NCBI GenBank assembly: GCA_016867455.1
Contig: VGJJ01000003.1
Span: 1 to 49,109 of the forward strand
Direction: 5' to 3'
DNA length: 49,109 bases
Source of the DNA: Candidatus Iainarchaeum sp.
Lineage (GTDB): Archaea; Iainarchaeota; Iainarchaeia; Iainarchaeales; VGJJ01
Shown: one piece after another, positions 27,234-36,931 of the stretch
Numbering within the stretch: position 1 is the first letter of the stretch
Layout: each line of letters opens with the position of its first letter
Program-made: the position numbers and the translations under genes
Notes under the pieces: generated by a model
Seen by the model: only the letters and a program-made list of their open reading frames with translations
What the model was told of the DNA's origin: nothing
Database searches by the model: none

Positions 27234-28139
27234 GTGTTGAAACGCATGATCACGCACTTTAACATGCCCCTCAATGTGCTTCCCATGCCACTCTTACGAT
27301 GGGCGAGCAAACATCTTGTAGGATTGGGAACGCGTTTTGGAAAATTCATGCCCCTCAATGATGTGGACATGAGAAAAGCCGAAATTCCCATGTCAGCTAA
27401 AGAATATGCAACCATGAGCATGGTCATTATTCTCTTCTACTTCGTCTTCTTCGGCTTCTTATTTTTTGTCATGGCATTCCGATTATTCACCAAACTCGAC
27501 ATTTTTCTTCCGCTAGTTGTCAGCATGGTCTTTTCACTCTTAGTTTTCGTACAACTCGTCACGTTTCCCATTATTCGCGTCACCAAAAAAGTCCGCGACT
27601 TAGACCGGAATCTCGTATTCGCCCTCCGCACGATTCTCGTGCAACTGCGCTCAGGCATAAGCTTATTCGAATCCATGAAAGTGGTAGCGGAAGGAAACTA
27701 TGGCGCCGTATCCAAAGAATTCAAACGAGCTGTGGACCAAATATCCACGGGAACTATACAAGAAATCGCCCTCGAACGGATTGCGGAATACAATCCCAGC
27801 ATCTTTTTCCGCAGGGCCATATGGCAAATCGTCAATGGAATGCGCGCCGGAGCAGACATTACCACCGTATTAGGAGAAAGCGTGGACTCCCTCACGGAAG
27901 CACAATCCATCCAAATACGCAATTACGAGAGCCAAATGAAAATACTCTCACTCGTGTACATGATGTTAGGCGTCATTGTTCCCGCGCTCGGAATCACTTT
28001 CCTCATTGTCCTATCATCATTTCCACAAATTCAAATAACTGAATTATATTTCTGGATTCTCCTCGCAGGAGTTGGAATCGCCCAATTCATGTACATGGGT
28101 ATTGTGAAAAGCAAACGCCCAACATTGCTGGGAGACTAA
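27234..28139 (+). CDS. T2SS-F / TadC-like membrane platform protein
   Basis: Multi-TM; LRSGISLFESM...YGAVSKEF; directly follows the ATPase. Confidence 0.9.
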   Translation: MLKRMITHFNMPLNVLPMPLLRWASKHLVGLGTRFGKFMPLNDVDMRKAEIPMSAKEYATMSMVIILFYFVFFGFLFFVMAFRLFTKLDIFLPLVVSMVFSLLVFVQLVTFPIIRVTKKVRDLDRNLVFALRTILVQLRSGISLFESMKVVAEGNYGAVSKEFKRAVDQISTGTIQEIALERIAEYNPSIFFRRAIWQIVNGMRAGADITTVLGESVDSLTEAQSIQIRNYESQMKILSLVYMMLGVIVPALGITFLIVLSSFPQIQITELYFWILLAGVGIAQFMYMGIVKSKRPTLLGD

Positions 28140-28140
28140 C

Positions 28141-29154
28141 ATGACCGCACGAAACAACATTGCATTTTTGCGCGGCATCGTGGACGCGTTTGAGAAGCAA
28201 TTCATGTACTTGGGAATACGCATCTCTTCTCGAAAATTCGTCATCAACATGATCATGTTTTCGTTTACATTAAGTGTCGTGTCAACCATTGTAACAAGCA
28301 TCGTTTTCAAATGGCCCTACTTCCTCGTAGTAATTGGATTCTTCCTAACTTTTTTGCTGGTCATGGGAGGAATTTACTTATTTTTGGACTTACAAGCCGA
28401 AGGAAGAGGAAAACAAGTCGAAAAAGTTCTTCCGGATGCACTCCAACTCGTGGCGAGCAACATCAAATCCGGACTCACTACGGAACGCGCACTATTGGTT
28501 TCCGCCCGACCCGAATTCGGTCCATTTGAGTACGAACTCAAACGCATCTCCACACGCGTACTCTCCGGTGTTCCGATTGAAAAAGCAATATTAGAAGTTC
28601 CCAAACACATCAAATCAACTCTCGTGGAGCGTACCATGTGGCTGCTTGCGCGCGGAATTTCCTCCGGAGGAGAAATTGCCGATTTGCTGCTGCAGCTTTC
28701 ACGTAATCTGCGCACGCAACTCACGTTACAAAGCGAAGCCCGCGCATCCATATCCATTTACGTAATCCTCATATTTTTCTCCGCAGCGTTTGGCGGGCCC
28801 GCATTGTATGCAGTATCGAGCTTCATCGTGGAAGTCATGAACGCGCAAGTATCATCCCAACCCCAAATTAATGCAGGAAGCATGGCTGCTGCTGGATCAC
28901 GATTCTCCGGATTAGGTTCATTTGTGGGTGGCCGCACCGAAATGATTTCTCCTGAATTTGTCATATTCTTCGCACAAATCATGCTATTTGTCGGAGGAAT
29001 ATTTGCCGCACTCATCTTGGGAGCCATCGCCACCGGAAAAGAAAAAGACGGAGTCAAATACATTCCAGTAGTTATGCTATTTTCATTCGGATTGTATTAC
29101 ATGATACGGTTTGTTTTACACTCAGCGTTTGGAACACTCTTGCTGGGAGGATAA
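28141..29154 (+). CDS. T2SS-F / TadC-like membrane platform protein
   Basis: LPDALQLVASNIKSG...EFG...SGG.IADLL motifs; multi-TM. Confidence 0.9.
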   Translation: MTARNNIAFLRGIVDAFEKQFMYLGIRISSRKFVINMIMFSFTLSVVSTIVTSIVFKWPYFLVVIGFFLTFLLVMGGIYLFLDLQAEGRGKQVEKVLPDALQLVASNIKSGLTTERALLVSARPEFGPFEYELKRISTRVLSGVPIEKAILEVPKHIKSTLVERTMWLLARGISSGGEIADLLLQLSRNLRTQLTLQSEARASISIYVILIFFSAAFGGPALYAVSSFIVEVMNAQVSSQPQINAGSMAAAGSRFSGLGSFVGGRTEMISPEFVIFFAQIMLFVGGIFAALILGAIATGKEKDGVKYIPVVMLFSFGLYYMIRFVLHSAFGTLLLGG

Positions 29155-29196
29155 AGTCATCCAGCATTTTTTTTTAATTCGTTCTTCTATTTTTTT

Positions 29197-29271
29197 TTAT
29201 GCTTCTGAAAATAATTCTTCAAACTTTTTAGAAAAGTTTGATCAAAATCACGCTTCTGAAAACAATTCTTC
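29197..29271. repeat. 24-bp imperfect direct repeats flanking a hairpin element (CAAACTTTT-TAG-AAAAGTTTG-ATCAAAA)
   Basis: Repeats at 29197-29220 and 29248-29271 (21/24 identical) with a 27-nt insert between them. Confidence 0.85.
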
Positions 29272-29949
29272 TTTAGGAAGCACTTCAATTCCCTGCGCGG
29301 TGATTCTCACGGGGCGAAGCTTGTCGCTTATTTTGGTATCGCGCATTTTGAGAATACCAATACTTCTCACGAAGCGATTTTCCACTCTTGTGTGGTAAAG
29401 CAACACGACTCCATCTGCGACATATTCTTCCAAACCATACAATCCTTCATGCTGACCCGTCGTGCTTTCGTTCGTAATAATCGTCGTCACATTCAACTTC
29501 TTGAGCATTTTTCCCAATGACAAAATACGCTTACGTGCATCGAGTTCACGTTCAAAATACAAATGAAAAATAACGCCAGGGTCAATAATGATCCGCGAGG
29601 CCTTGTGTTTCGCGACCAAATCCTCAATACTGTCTCTCAACTTATCAAAATCATACAATTCAACCGTTTGCAGAATTATTTTTCCTTTCTTCACCATTCC
29701 TTCTACATCCCAACCAAAAATAGCAGCCGTCTCCATCAATTCTTCGGGCTTTTCTTCCAATGAAATAAACACGCCCGTCTCATTATGCTTGAATGCGCCG
29801 TGATACAAATACTGCAAACAAAAAATAGTCTTTCCCGCACCGGGATCACCTGTCAAAACAACCAAGTTTCCCTTCGGAATACCCCCTTCAATCAACTCAT
29901 CTAAGCCCATGATTTCAGTGGGAGTGCGTTCAACAATGGCGTTGCCCAT
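29248..29949 (-). CDS. Single-domain KaiC-like (RAD55 family) ATPase
   Basis: GLDELIEGGIP, Walker A GDPGAGKT, ISLEE, EEYVADGVV, ILKMR. Confidence 0.92.
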   Translation of the reverse strand: MGNAIVERTPTEIMGLDELIEGGIPKGNLVVLTGDPGAGKTIFCLQYLYHGAFKHNETGVFISLEEKPEELMETAAIFGWDVEGMVKKGKIILQTVELYDFDKLRDSIEDLVAKHKASRIIIDPGVIFHLYFERELDARKRILSLGKMLKKLNVTTIITNESTTGQHEGLYGLEEYVADGVVLLYHTRVENRFVRSIGILKMRDTKISDKLRPVRITAQGIEVLPKEELFSEA

Positions 29950-30032
29950 ACCTCACCCCATTGACTTGGGAGATATATACGTGATGGTGACTCCTGCAGT
30001 AAACACCCTCGAATCCCGTTTCTAACCCCACG

Positions 30033-30091
30033 ATTTATATATTGCGAATTGTTTTCCTATGTCAGAATTAACCTTTCTTTGCAAAGGAGGA
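30033..30091 (+). promoter_or_regulatory. TATA box and SD of the major pilin gene
   Basis: ATTTATATA at ~30033; AAGGAGG shortly upstream of ATG 30102. Confidence 0.55.
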
Positions 30092-30101
30092 GATATTGCA
30101 T

Positions 30102-30563
30102 ATGCATTTTGGAAAACGAGGGCAGTCCGCACTCGAATACTTAATGACTTACGGATGGGCGTTGGTCGTTATTGTGATTGCGGTTGCAGCATTAGTAGTA
30201 TTAATTGACCCCAGTAAGATTCAAGGAAACCAATGCGATCCACGCTTTGGACAATTCACGGTGAGTCAGAGTAATTTAGTTGCCGGAACATCGCAGTTCG
30301 CTTTGGTTAACCAGACCGGACATGGTGTGACATTGACTGCTGTTAACGTAAGCGGAACCTATGCCGGTTCAACAGCCTACAATGACACCGGATCAGCCAT
30401 CACATCCGGAACGACGTTGAACCCTAACCAAACGGTCACGGTCATCGTCGATCAAGACCCTGATTTGACATCGGGATCATACAACTTGACCTACACGTTC
30501 ACTTATGACGCGGGTCAGTTGACAGGACTCACCGCTGCCGGAAGCTGCCACGGAACCATCTAA
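30102..30563 (+). CDS. Major type IV pilin
   Basis: KRG/QSALEYLMTYGWA class III signal; own promoter, strong SD and terminator; multiple NxS/T sequons. Confidence 0.9.
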   Translation: MHFGKRGQSALEYLMTYGWALVVIVIAVAALVVLIDPSKIQGNQCDPRFGQFTVSQSNLVAGTSQFALVNQTGHGVTLTAVNVSGTYAGSTAYNDTGSAITSGTTLNPNQTVTVIVDQDPDLTSGSYNLTYTFTYDAGQLTGLTAAGSCHGTI

Positions 30564-30578
30564 ATTCATTCGCTTAGC

Positions 30579-30614
30579 GGTTGTGCTCCGAAAGGAGCCA
30601 ACCTTCTTTTTTTT
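30579..30614 (+). terminator. Hairpin plus T-tract terminator after the pilin gene
   Basis: GGTTG(T)GCTCC-GAAA-GGAGCCAACC followed by TTCTTTTTTTT. Confidence 0.7.
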
Positions 30615-30641
30615 ATTCTCACCACTCCTATCTCACGCAGT

Positions 30642-31310
30642 ATGGCTATTACTCCACGCCCCCTCAATACAATGACTCCCCCTTCTCCCGCGTCTCCGGA
30701 CGAATCCGTGCACCCTTCCCTGTCCGATGAACAATTAGCCGAACTCTTGCGGCCGGGAAAAGAATTTGAAAATAATTTACACGCGACCCTGAAACAATTA
30801 TCCGCGGGAAGCATCAACCTATTAGTCGTCCCCCTGAAAGATTATTCATCCACCGCCCACGCACTCCTAACCTATTATCACGCGCAAAAAACATCTGGAG
30901 TATATGTGAGCATCAACAAACCCACGCAGGACATTCTCAAAGGAATCAACGTTCAACTCACGCAAACACAGTTCGTGGATGCCATCACCGCATTAACCGG
31001 AAAAGGAACCGAGGACACACAGCAAATAACATTTATTGACTCTCCATTAGCACTAGTTGAATTAAATCTCGCCATTTCCGACCGAATGAAAGGACTAGTC
31101 AGCAATCAAAAATTTCTCGTCGTGGATTCCATATCCACATTATTAGTGTATAACACCCCGCAATCCGTGGAAAAATTCTGCCACACCATCATCGCCAAAA
31201 ACCGCGGAGACAATGTGATTGGCTTATTGCTCATGATTAATTCCGACGAACACCATGACGTGGTGGAAACGCTCGCCCAATTCGTGGATCATGTCATTAT
31301 TGTAAAATAA
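30642..31310 (+). CDS. Degenerate KaiC/RecA-fold protein (DUF835-like)
   Basis: GVYVSINKP, FVDAIT and FLVVDSISTLLVYN; no Walker A. Confidence 0.7.
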   Translation: MAITPRPLNTMTPPSPASPDESVHPSLSDEQLAELLRPGKEFENNLHATLKQLSAGSINLLVVPLKDYSSTAHALLTYYHAQKTSGVYVSINKPTQDILKGINVQLTQTQFVDAITALTGKGTEDTQQITFIDSPLALVELNLAISDRMKGLVSNQKFLVVDSISTLLVYNTPQSVEKFCHTIIAKNRGDNVIGLLLMINSDEHHDVVETLAQFVDHVIIVK

Positions 31311-32445
31311 TTTTATCCAATTCAAAATTAAGCTGCGTTTGACAAACGTGATTTGCCTCTTTCCAAATTACTCCAATTTCCTTTGCAATATTTTCTCTCG
31401 CGTGAATACTATTGAAAATGGCCTCTTCTGTTTTCTCTTGATTCAAAAGAATACTATTCTCGCGCTGCTGCACACCCATTAATGCCCGGTGCAAGGGATG
31501 ATTATCCCGTTCATGTTGATTAGCCACAATAGCCGCATCAAGCGCGTGAACATGTTCAATATACTGCACAAACAACGGGTCCTCGAGTGCATGCAAGATA
31601 GTGTCGCGAACATCCTCTTTATTCATTCCCACAAACACATTTTCATCCAACTCCAATGCGGAAACTGCCAAGCGCAAAATCATTACTAATCCTTGCCCGT
31701 GCGCATCTTTTTCACGCGTCAACGCGGGATTAGTCAAATACAAGTGCATCATCCGGTGCTGCGCGTTCTCCCACGACGCAGAAGCATTTTCATTTTCCGT
31801 TAAACACTTGAAAATAACACTCAATGATTGCCACGTGTTCATCCAATGTTCATTCAACGCGCGCTTTTCCAACAATAATTTATCAAATGACACATTCAAA
31901 CGCGTCAACGTGTCAAATCCTGGACGCGAACGGTATTCCTCCGACTCGTGATTCAAAAAAATACTCTCACGAGCTAAACGATTCTTCTCACCCTGAAGAA
32001 GAGCATACTCGCTTCCTAACTGTTCATATTTTTCAATATGCTCACTCAATTTCGTCAACAAATTATAGGGACGCAGAGCAGGATGTTTAGACAAATTCTG
32101 CATCACGATGCGGCGCATCTCTAACAACGTATCTTCCAGCTCACGCAACCACGAACTATTTTCATGCGCTCCAGGAGCGTGTTCAAGCAACGGCTTGTAA
32201 TGCGTCACAAACGCTTCATGCATCGTCAACGCGTACTGAATTAATGCATCCTCCGCACCCGGGGAAGGGGGATTCATCTTCGCGTGCAACCCCGCAACAC
32301 TCTCATGGGAGAATAATGGGGAGCGGTTCATCACATATTTCACTTGAGCGACGCGCAGCATGAGTAATTTGACTACTTTTTCATGGTCGTTCTTGACGAG
32401 CTCATGGGTCCGCGTCCGTGCCTCTAAAATGCTCATTTTTTTCAT
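31297..32445 (-). CDS. Hypothetical helical/coiled-coil protein
   Basis: 382-aa ORF with heptad-rich segments. Confidence 0.7.
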   Translation of the reverse strand: MKKMSILEARTRTHELVKNDHEKVVKLLMLRVAQVKYVMNRSPLFSHESVAGLHAKMNPPSPGAEDALIQYALTMHEAFVTHYKPLLEHAPGAHENSSWLRELEDTLLEMRRIVMQNLSKHPALRPYNLLTKLSEHIEKYEQLGSEYALLQGEKNRLARESIFLNHESEEYRSRPGFDTLTRLNVSFDKLLLEKRALNEHWMNTWQSLSVIFKCLTENENASASWENAQHRMMHLYLTNPALTREKDAHGQGLVMILRLAVSALELDENVFVGMNKEDVRDTILHALEDPLFVQYIEHVHALDAAIVANQHERDNHPLHRALMGVQQRENSILLNQEKTEEAIFNSIHARENIAKEIGVIWKEANHVCQTQLNFELDKIILQ

Positions 32446-32558
32446 AGGTTACTCAGGGTGCACGCAACTATATCTCTTTGCGTTCGTTGTTCAGCATAAC
32501 TTGGTACAAACATGAGCAGATTTATATACTCAAATAATTTTCTCCATGAACGATTCCT

Positions 32559-33197
32559 ATGCGCTACACTTATTTACTGACAACTGGACTAATATTATTA
32601 GTTATTTTTGGCACATTTGCTTTAGCAAACGTGTCCACGACCACGATGACGTGGTTTGTTGCTACCGCTAAGTCGCTCACCGTTACGTACGGTTCCCCCT
32701 GCACCTCCGTGGCATTCTTCTTCCCGGAAACCAAGGCCTTTTTCGACTCCGATACCGATGGAAACTGGGCCCAAGTCGTACCTCACACCAACCGTGCGGG
32801 TGACACCAATTGTCAAACCTCCGCACAAGCGGGAATGACGGTCTCGAACACGGGAACCTCCGCGATAAACGGGGACGGTAACTTTGCTTCCCACCTTTCA
32901 GGTGCGGACGTTAATGTCGTGTTGAAAGTCTGGCTCGGAACCGGCTCCGGATGTGGAACCAATGGAATGGGCGGATGGGAAAAGGATTGTACGATCACTG
33001 AACGCGATGCGACAACCGCTCCCACCACGACGACGTGCCGTAACTTCAATGTGTTTAACGATATCAACGGCGGACGCCTCTTCTCATCCTTAGCGGTGTT
33101 TGGCGCCCAGCAATTGTGCTTCTCCGGTGATGGAAATGGATTCGTGGGGGCAGGAGATCACAATGGAAACTTCCAGATCGGAAGCGACTTTAGTTAA
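32559..33197 (+). CDS. Secreted beta-rich protein, candidate fibre subunit
   Basis: Sec signal ending ALA; six Cys; TTTATATA promoter at ~32521; hairpin at 33200-33220; paralog of 5..835. Confidence 0.8.
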   Translation: MRYTYLLTTGLILLVIFGTFALANVSTTTMTWFVATAKSLTVTYGSPCTSVAFFFPETKAFFDSDTDGNWAQVVPHTNRAGDTNCQTSAQAGMTVSNTGTSAINGDGNFASHLSGADVNVVLKVWLGTGSGCGTNGMGGWEKDCTITERDATTAPTTTTCRNFNVFNDINGGRLFSSLAVFGAQQLCFSGDGNGFVGAGDHNGNFQIGSDFS

Positions 33198-33254
33198 TGG
33201 CCGGGCTTCTAAAATCCGGCTCATTTATTAATTTCCAGTGAGTAGGGGAGTGAG

Positions 33255-34292
33255 GTGGGTTTTCGTATGACCGTCGCAAAAGAATCAACTAAATCGTCTA
33301 GTGCACCTAATCCCGTGCTTAAATTTGTCGTGGGGGGCGTTATTGTTGTACTCGCTGCGTATCTTTTCCTCAACGCATCCACTCTTTTCCCCGCCACCAC
33401 TCCCCCATCTACGGACACCGCCCTCTCTCCTGCCGAAGCAACCCTTCCCGAAACATTTGATGATCATTCTGCTAACTTGCAAGTGTTGAAATCCACCTTG
33501 AGTAAGGAAAAGTTTTTGAAAAAACTATTTGAAGTGGATCGAAGCACGTATCACTTATACGATAAAGCGGCGCAATTCCTCGGCGTTTCCAACGAGGAAG
33601 TCACTCAATTCTTTTACAATTGCTGCGACCTCACGAAAGAATCGGACATTTTTTCCGAATTGCCCCCCATTTCCGATCATTTTTCCGCTACGGCGTACGA
33701 TGTGTCCATTGGCAAACTCAACCAGATTGGATTGCTCGATGAAGGGTTCTACAAGCAACCCGAGTTCTACACGTTTATTGATCAAGAAACGGGTGTCGTG
33801 AATCGTGAATTTTCTTTTCGACCGTGGACGCGACCGGAATTAAACCAGTGGGGAGACAATGGCATGCAAGCCTACCCCGCGGATCAATTTGATTCGGTTG
33901 AAATCACGGGAAGAGACACGTTCACCGCAGTCGTGTTCGTTACGGCGGGGTGGAACATTCAAAATTACGTGGGAGTAAATCTCGTTCCCAACCACGATGT
34001 CACTAATTATTTTGACATTGCCATTTCGGAAGAGAAGACGGGAAAATCATACTTCTTACTCGGACCCACATTCCCGCGCTTCTCACGAGAGTGGGCAACC
34101 AAAGTAGTGATTGATGGAAAAGTAAAACCAGGCACGCCCGCCGGGAGATATGTGATAGGAATAAACCCCGTTGCTCCCCCCAGTCAATTAAACCAAAAAT
34201 GGTCGGAAGAATACCCCGGATTGTATGCACCGCACGGGTTCATTCGACCCACGGACAACTACATTAGCCTTGTCATCGATGTCACGGCATAA
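33255..34292 (+). CDS. Membrane-anchored protein, paralog of 832..1650
   Basis: N-terminal TM; motifs shared with the 832 ORF; likely start ATG 33267. Confidence 0.8.
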   Translation: MGFRMTVAKESTKSSSAPNPVLKFVVGGVIVVLAAYLFLNASTLFPATTPPSTDTALSPAEATLPETFDDHSANLQVLKSTLSKEKFLKKLFEVDRSTYHLYDKAAQFLGVSNEEVTQFFYNCCDLTKESDIFSELPPISDHFSATAYDVSIGKLNQIGLLDEGFYKQPEFYTFIDQETGVVNREFSFRPWTRPELNQWGDNGMQAYPADQFDSVEITGRDTFTAVVFVTAGWNIQNYVGVNLVPNHDVTNYFDIAISEEKTGKSYFLLGPTFPRFSREWATKVVIDGKVKPGTPAGRYVIGINPVAPPSQLNQKWSEEYPGLYAPHGFIRPTDNYISLVIDVTA

Positions 34293-34356
34293 CCTCATTC
34301 GGATTATTTTTTTCAGCCGAGCAAACCATATTAACCGTGACTTTTTCCTTTGACGC

Positions 34357-36357
34357 ATGGGTAGACGTACGTATCGACTATGGTTTGTGCTCGCAGCCAT
34401 CACCCTATTATTGCCGGCATTCACCCACGCCGCCGCGAGTCAAACCATTACCTGGTATCCTGCTATCGAAGCAGGGTACTTGCTGAACGTTGACTATGCC
34501 CAATGCCACGCATCCACGGGTAATGTTTCGTTCAGTGCAACGGTTACCGGGACAACATTTGGAGGAACCATTACCGACGCCAACGTATTCGCTACTTTTC
34601 GCCGACCGGACGCAACCACGTTTGATGCCAATTTTACAAACGATTTGAGTGGAACATATGCACTCACCACTAACTTGACTCAAAACGGCACGTATTTTTT
34701 CCAAGCCCACGCGTACAAACCAGGATACACGCGCGGGGATTTCAATGGATACATTTACGTGCGCGATTTGAATTGGACAACTTCCTTTTTGAATAATGGA
34801 TTCGACCTCAACATTGGACAATTAGGAACTATACGAAATCTCGTGATCAACAATGATGGCAACACCGTGTATGACATCAATGCCAATACCACCATTTATT
34901 ATCCCGATGGAAACGTCGCCGATGCCAATAGCACCATGAATCAACTAGCTAATGGAGAATTCGCCAAAACATTTTTCGGACCGTCCCCCGCAGGAGCGTA
35001 CACGGTATCCACATTATTTACATGCGGAAGCCTCATGGACCATAATGCATCCGGAACATTCACGGTGCACGACACGAATACGGGAGGGAGTGGAGGAACC
35101 GGTGGCGGCGGTGGAGGATCCGGTGGCGGCGGTGGAGGCGGCGCCGGGGCCGGAGGTGGAGGAGGAAAACGCGCGCGAATCATTTCAATTGAATTCAGTC
35201 CCGCACTCGGAAAAAATGCTCCCTCGCAAATGGAAGCAACCGTGCAAAACTTGGGAGCAGGAATCATTGATTACACGCTCGCCTACACGATTACTACGCC
35301 CGCCGGTTTCGTAGCAACGGGACAAAAAGACATTTTGGCTGTAGGACCGTATGGAATAACCACTATCACACTCGACAGCGGGTTCACTCCCCTCGAAACA
35401 GGTTCGTATGTGGTGCAAGCAGACTTATACAAAAAAGACACGATTTCCAAATACGACAGTTATTCACGCACATACCCTGTATTGGGTGCTCATTCCATCA
35501 CATTCGACGCGGTTCCCGCATCCGACAAAACAGCCGTGGGACTCAGTTACCCATTCTCAATCAATCTATTGAACACAGGTGATTTTCTAGAAGATGATGT
35601 CCACATTGAATGGTATATTCTCAACTCAAATGGAGAAGAATACATTCGTTCTACTTACACGACTGAACTTTCTCCTACAGAAACGGCATCATTGCCATTC
35701 GCTCCATTTATTCCCATTAATGCTCCATTTGGATTGCATCAACTCGTTGTCAACGTGCGCGCATACAATGTGACCCAAACCCAAACCATCGTGTTCACCG
35801 TATCATCGCCCACGGATTATTACGCACAACTCATCCAGGATTTAGAACTGCGCATCGATCAACTGGATGAAAAATTATCCAGCCTCGAACAGCGTGGCTT
35901 TGACGTCAAAGAAGCGCAACTTACACTAGTGGATATCAAAACCGCGCTTGCACGAGACAAAGCATTGCTTCTATCCGGACAATTCGAAACACTCAACAAG
36001 GAAATCATTGACTTATCCGGACGCATCACTCGACTGGCTGCATTAGTGGATTTATTGGAACAACAATCCCCTCTCCTTTCGCGTGAAGGGCTCAATTTAC
36101 TCTTGTACATCGGCGCAGGACTCTTATTGGCATTGTTTGCATGGCTGTTATATTGGCTCCTTGAACGCGAAAAACACGAGCGGGGAAAACGCGGAGGGGT
36201 TGTCGTCGTCCCCGCGTCTCTCCCGTGGTTGTCCAACCTTATTGGTGTACAAAAAAGCTACCTTTTAACCACGGAACGCGAAAAAATCAAGCGTAAGCCT
36301 TTAATAGACCGGTTAATTGGATTGGTGCAAGGTGAGTCCAAGCATGATGTCGACTGA
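34357..36357 (+). CDS. Multi-Ig-domain surface protein with Gly-rich linker, coiled coil and C-terminal TM anchor
   Basis: Signal peptide; beta-sandwich-like repeats; poly-Gly linker; coiled coil; TM LLLYIGAGLLLALFAWLLYWLL. Confidence 0.82.
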   Translation: MGRRTYRLWFVLAAITLLLPAFTHAAASQTITWYPAIEAGYLLNVDYAQCHASTGNVSFSATVTGTTFGGTITDANVFATFRRPDATTFDANFTNDLSGTYALTTNLTQNGTYFFQAHAYKPGYTRGDFNGYIYVRDLNWTTSFLNNGFDLNIGQLGTIRNLVINNDGNTVYDINANTTIYYPDGNVADANSTMNQLANGEFAKTFFGPSPAGAYTVSTLFTCGSLMDHNASGTFTVHDTNTGGSGGTGGGGGGSGGGGGGGAGAGGGGGKRARIISIEFSPALGKNAPSQMEATVQNLGAGIIDYTLAYTITTPAGFVATGQKDILAVGPYGITTITLDSGFTPLETGSYVVQADLYKKDTISKYDSYSRTYPVLGAHSITFDAVPASDKTAVGLSYPFSINLLNTGDFLEDDVHIEWYILNSNGEEYIRSTYTTELSPTETASLPFAPFIPINAPFGLHQLVVNVRAYNVTQTQTIVFTVSSPTDYYAQLIQDLELRIDQLDEKLSSLEQRGFDVKEAQLTLVDIKTALARDKALLLSGQFETLNKEIIDLSGRITRLAALVDLLEQQSPLLSREGLNLLLYIGAGLLLALFAWLLYWLLEREKHERGKRGGVVVVPASLPWLSNLIGVQKSYLLTTEREKIKRKPLIDRLIGLVQGESKHDVD

Positions 36358-36610
36358 ACTCCTAGTAACGGTGGCACTATTTGTCGTGCAAATGGTTATA
36401 GCCGTATATTTGATACGTTATTCCAACCAACAACTCATGAAAAGCATCTCCGGATTGAGAGACAAGAACTTGGAACTCATGAAACTAAATGCACGTTTAA
36501 CGAAAACAGTCATCATGAACGAAGACGGCTTCCGAAAAGAACTCGACGGTTTACGTAAAAGCAAATCCAGCGACAAGACCGTTGTCCAAGCGGTCACCGC
36601 CAAGGAGTGA
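36344..36610 (+). CDS. Small TM plus coiled-coil protein, paralog 1
   Basis: TM followed by AVYLIRYSNQQL, identical in the next ORF; SD AAGGTGAG. Confidence 0.75.
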   Translation: MMSTELLVTVALFVVQMVIAVYLIRYSNQQLMKSISGLRDKNLELMKLNARLTKTVIMNEDGFRKELDGLRKSKSSDKTVVQAVTAKE

Positions 36611-36864
36611 GCGTGTCCACCATGCCCTTTGCCGAAATCATTGTTTCCGTGGGATTCTTCGTCATGTCCATGCTTGTGGCGGTGTACCTCATACGTTATT
36701 CCAACCAACAACTCACGCGATGCTTGACATCATTAGAAGAAAAACACAACGAATTAGTGGACTTGAATGGTAAACTAGCCAAACAAATATTCTCCTCAGA
36801 CAAAAAACTACGAGACGATTTGGAAAATATTAAACGCGCCCACAAAAAAGCAAACGCGTCATAA
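36607..36864 (+). CDS. Small TM plus coiled-coil protein, paralog 2
   Basis: AVYLIRYSNQQL...EL..LN..L.K shared with the preceding ORF. Confidence 0.75.
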   Translation: MSVSTMPFAEIIVSVGFFVMSMLVAVYLIRYSNQQLTRCLTSLEEKHNELVDLNGKLAKQIFSSDKKLRDDLENIKRAHKKANAS

Positions 36865-36931
36865 ATAATTACTCCAAATTCTCCTTCATTTACGTTGCGT
36901 GTTATAATTCTATTATTTTTCATTTTTTAGT

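Noticed and set aside
29197-29271. Diversity-generating retroelement TR/VR pair (differences only at adenines)
   Set aside because: Only 24 bp, all changes silent, and no reverse transcriptase in the window.
16129-31310. Archaellum locus
   Set aside because: No archaellin-type N-termini or ArlF/G-like genes recognised; two TadC-like genes and a vWA adhesin fit an adhesive type IV pilus.
35099-35138. Tandem 19-bp repeat CCGGTGGCGGCGGTGGAGG
   Set aside because: Explained by the coding poly-Gly linker.
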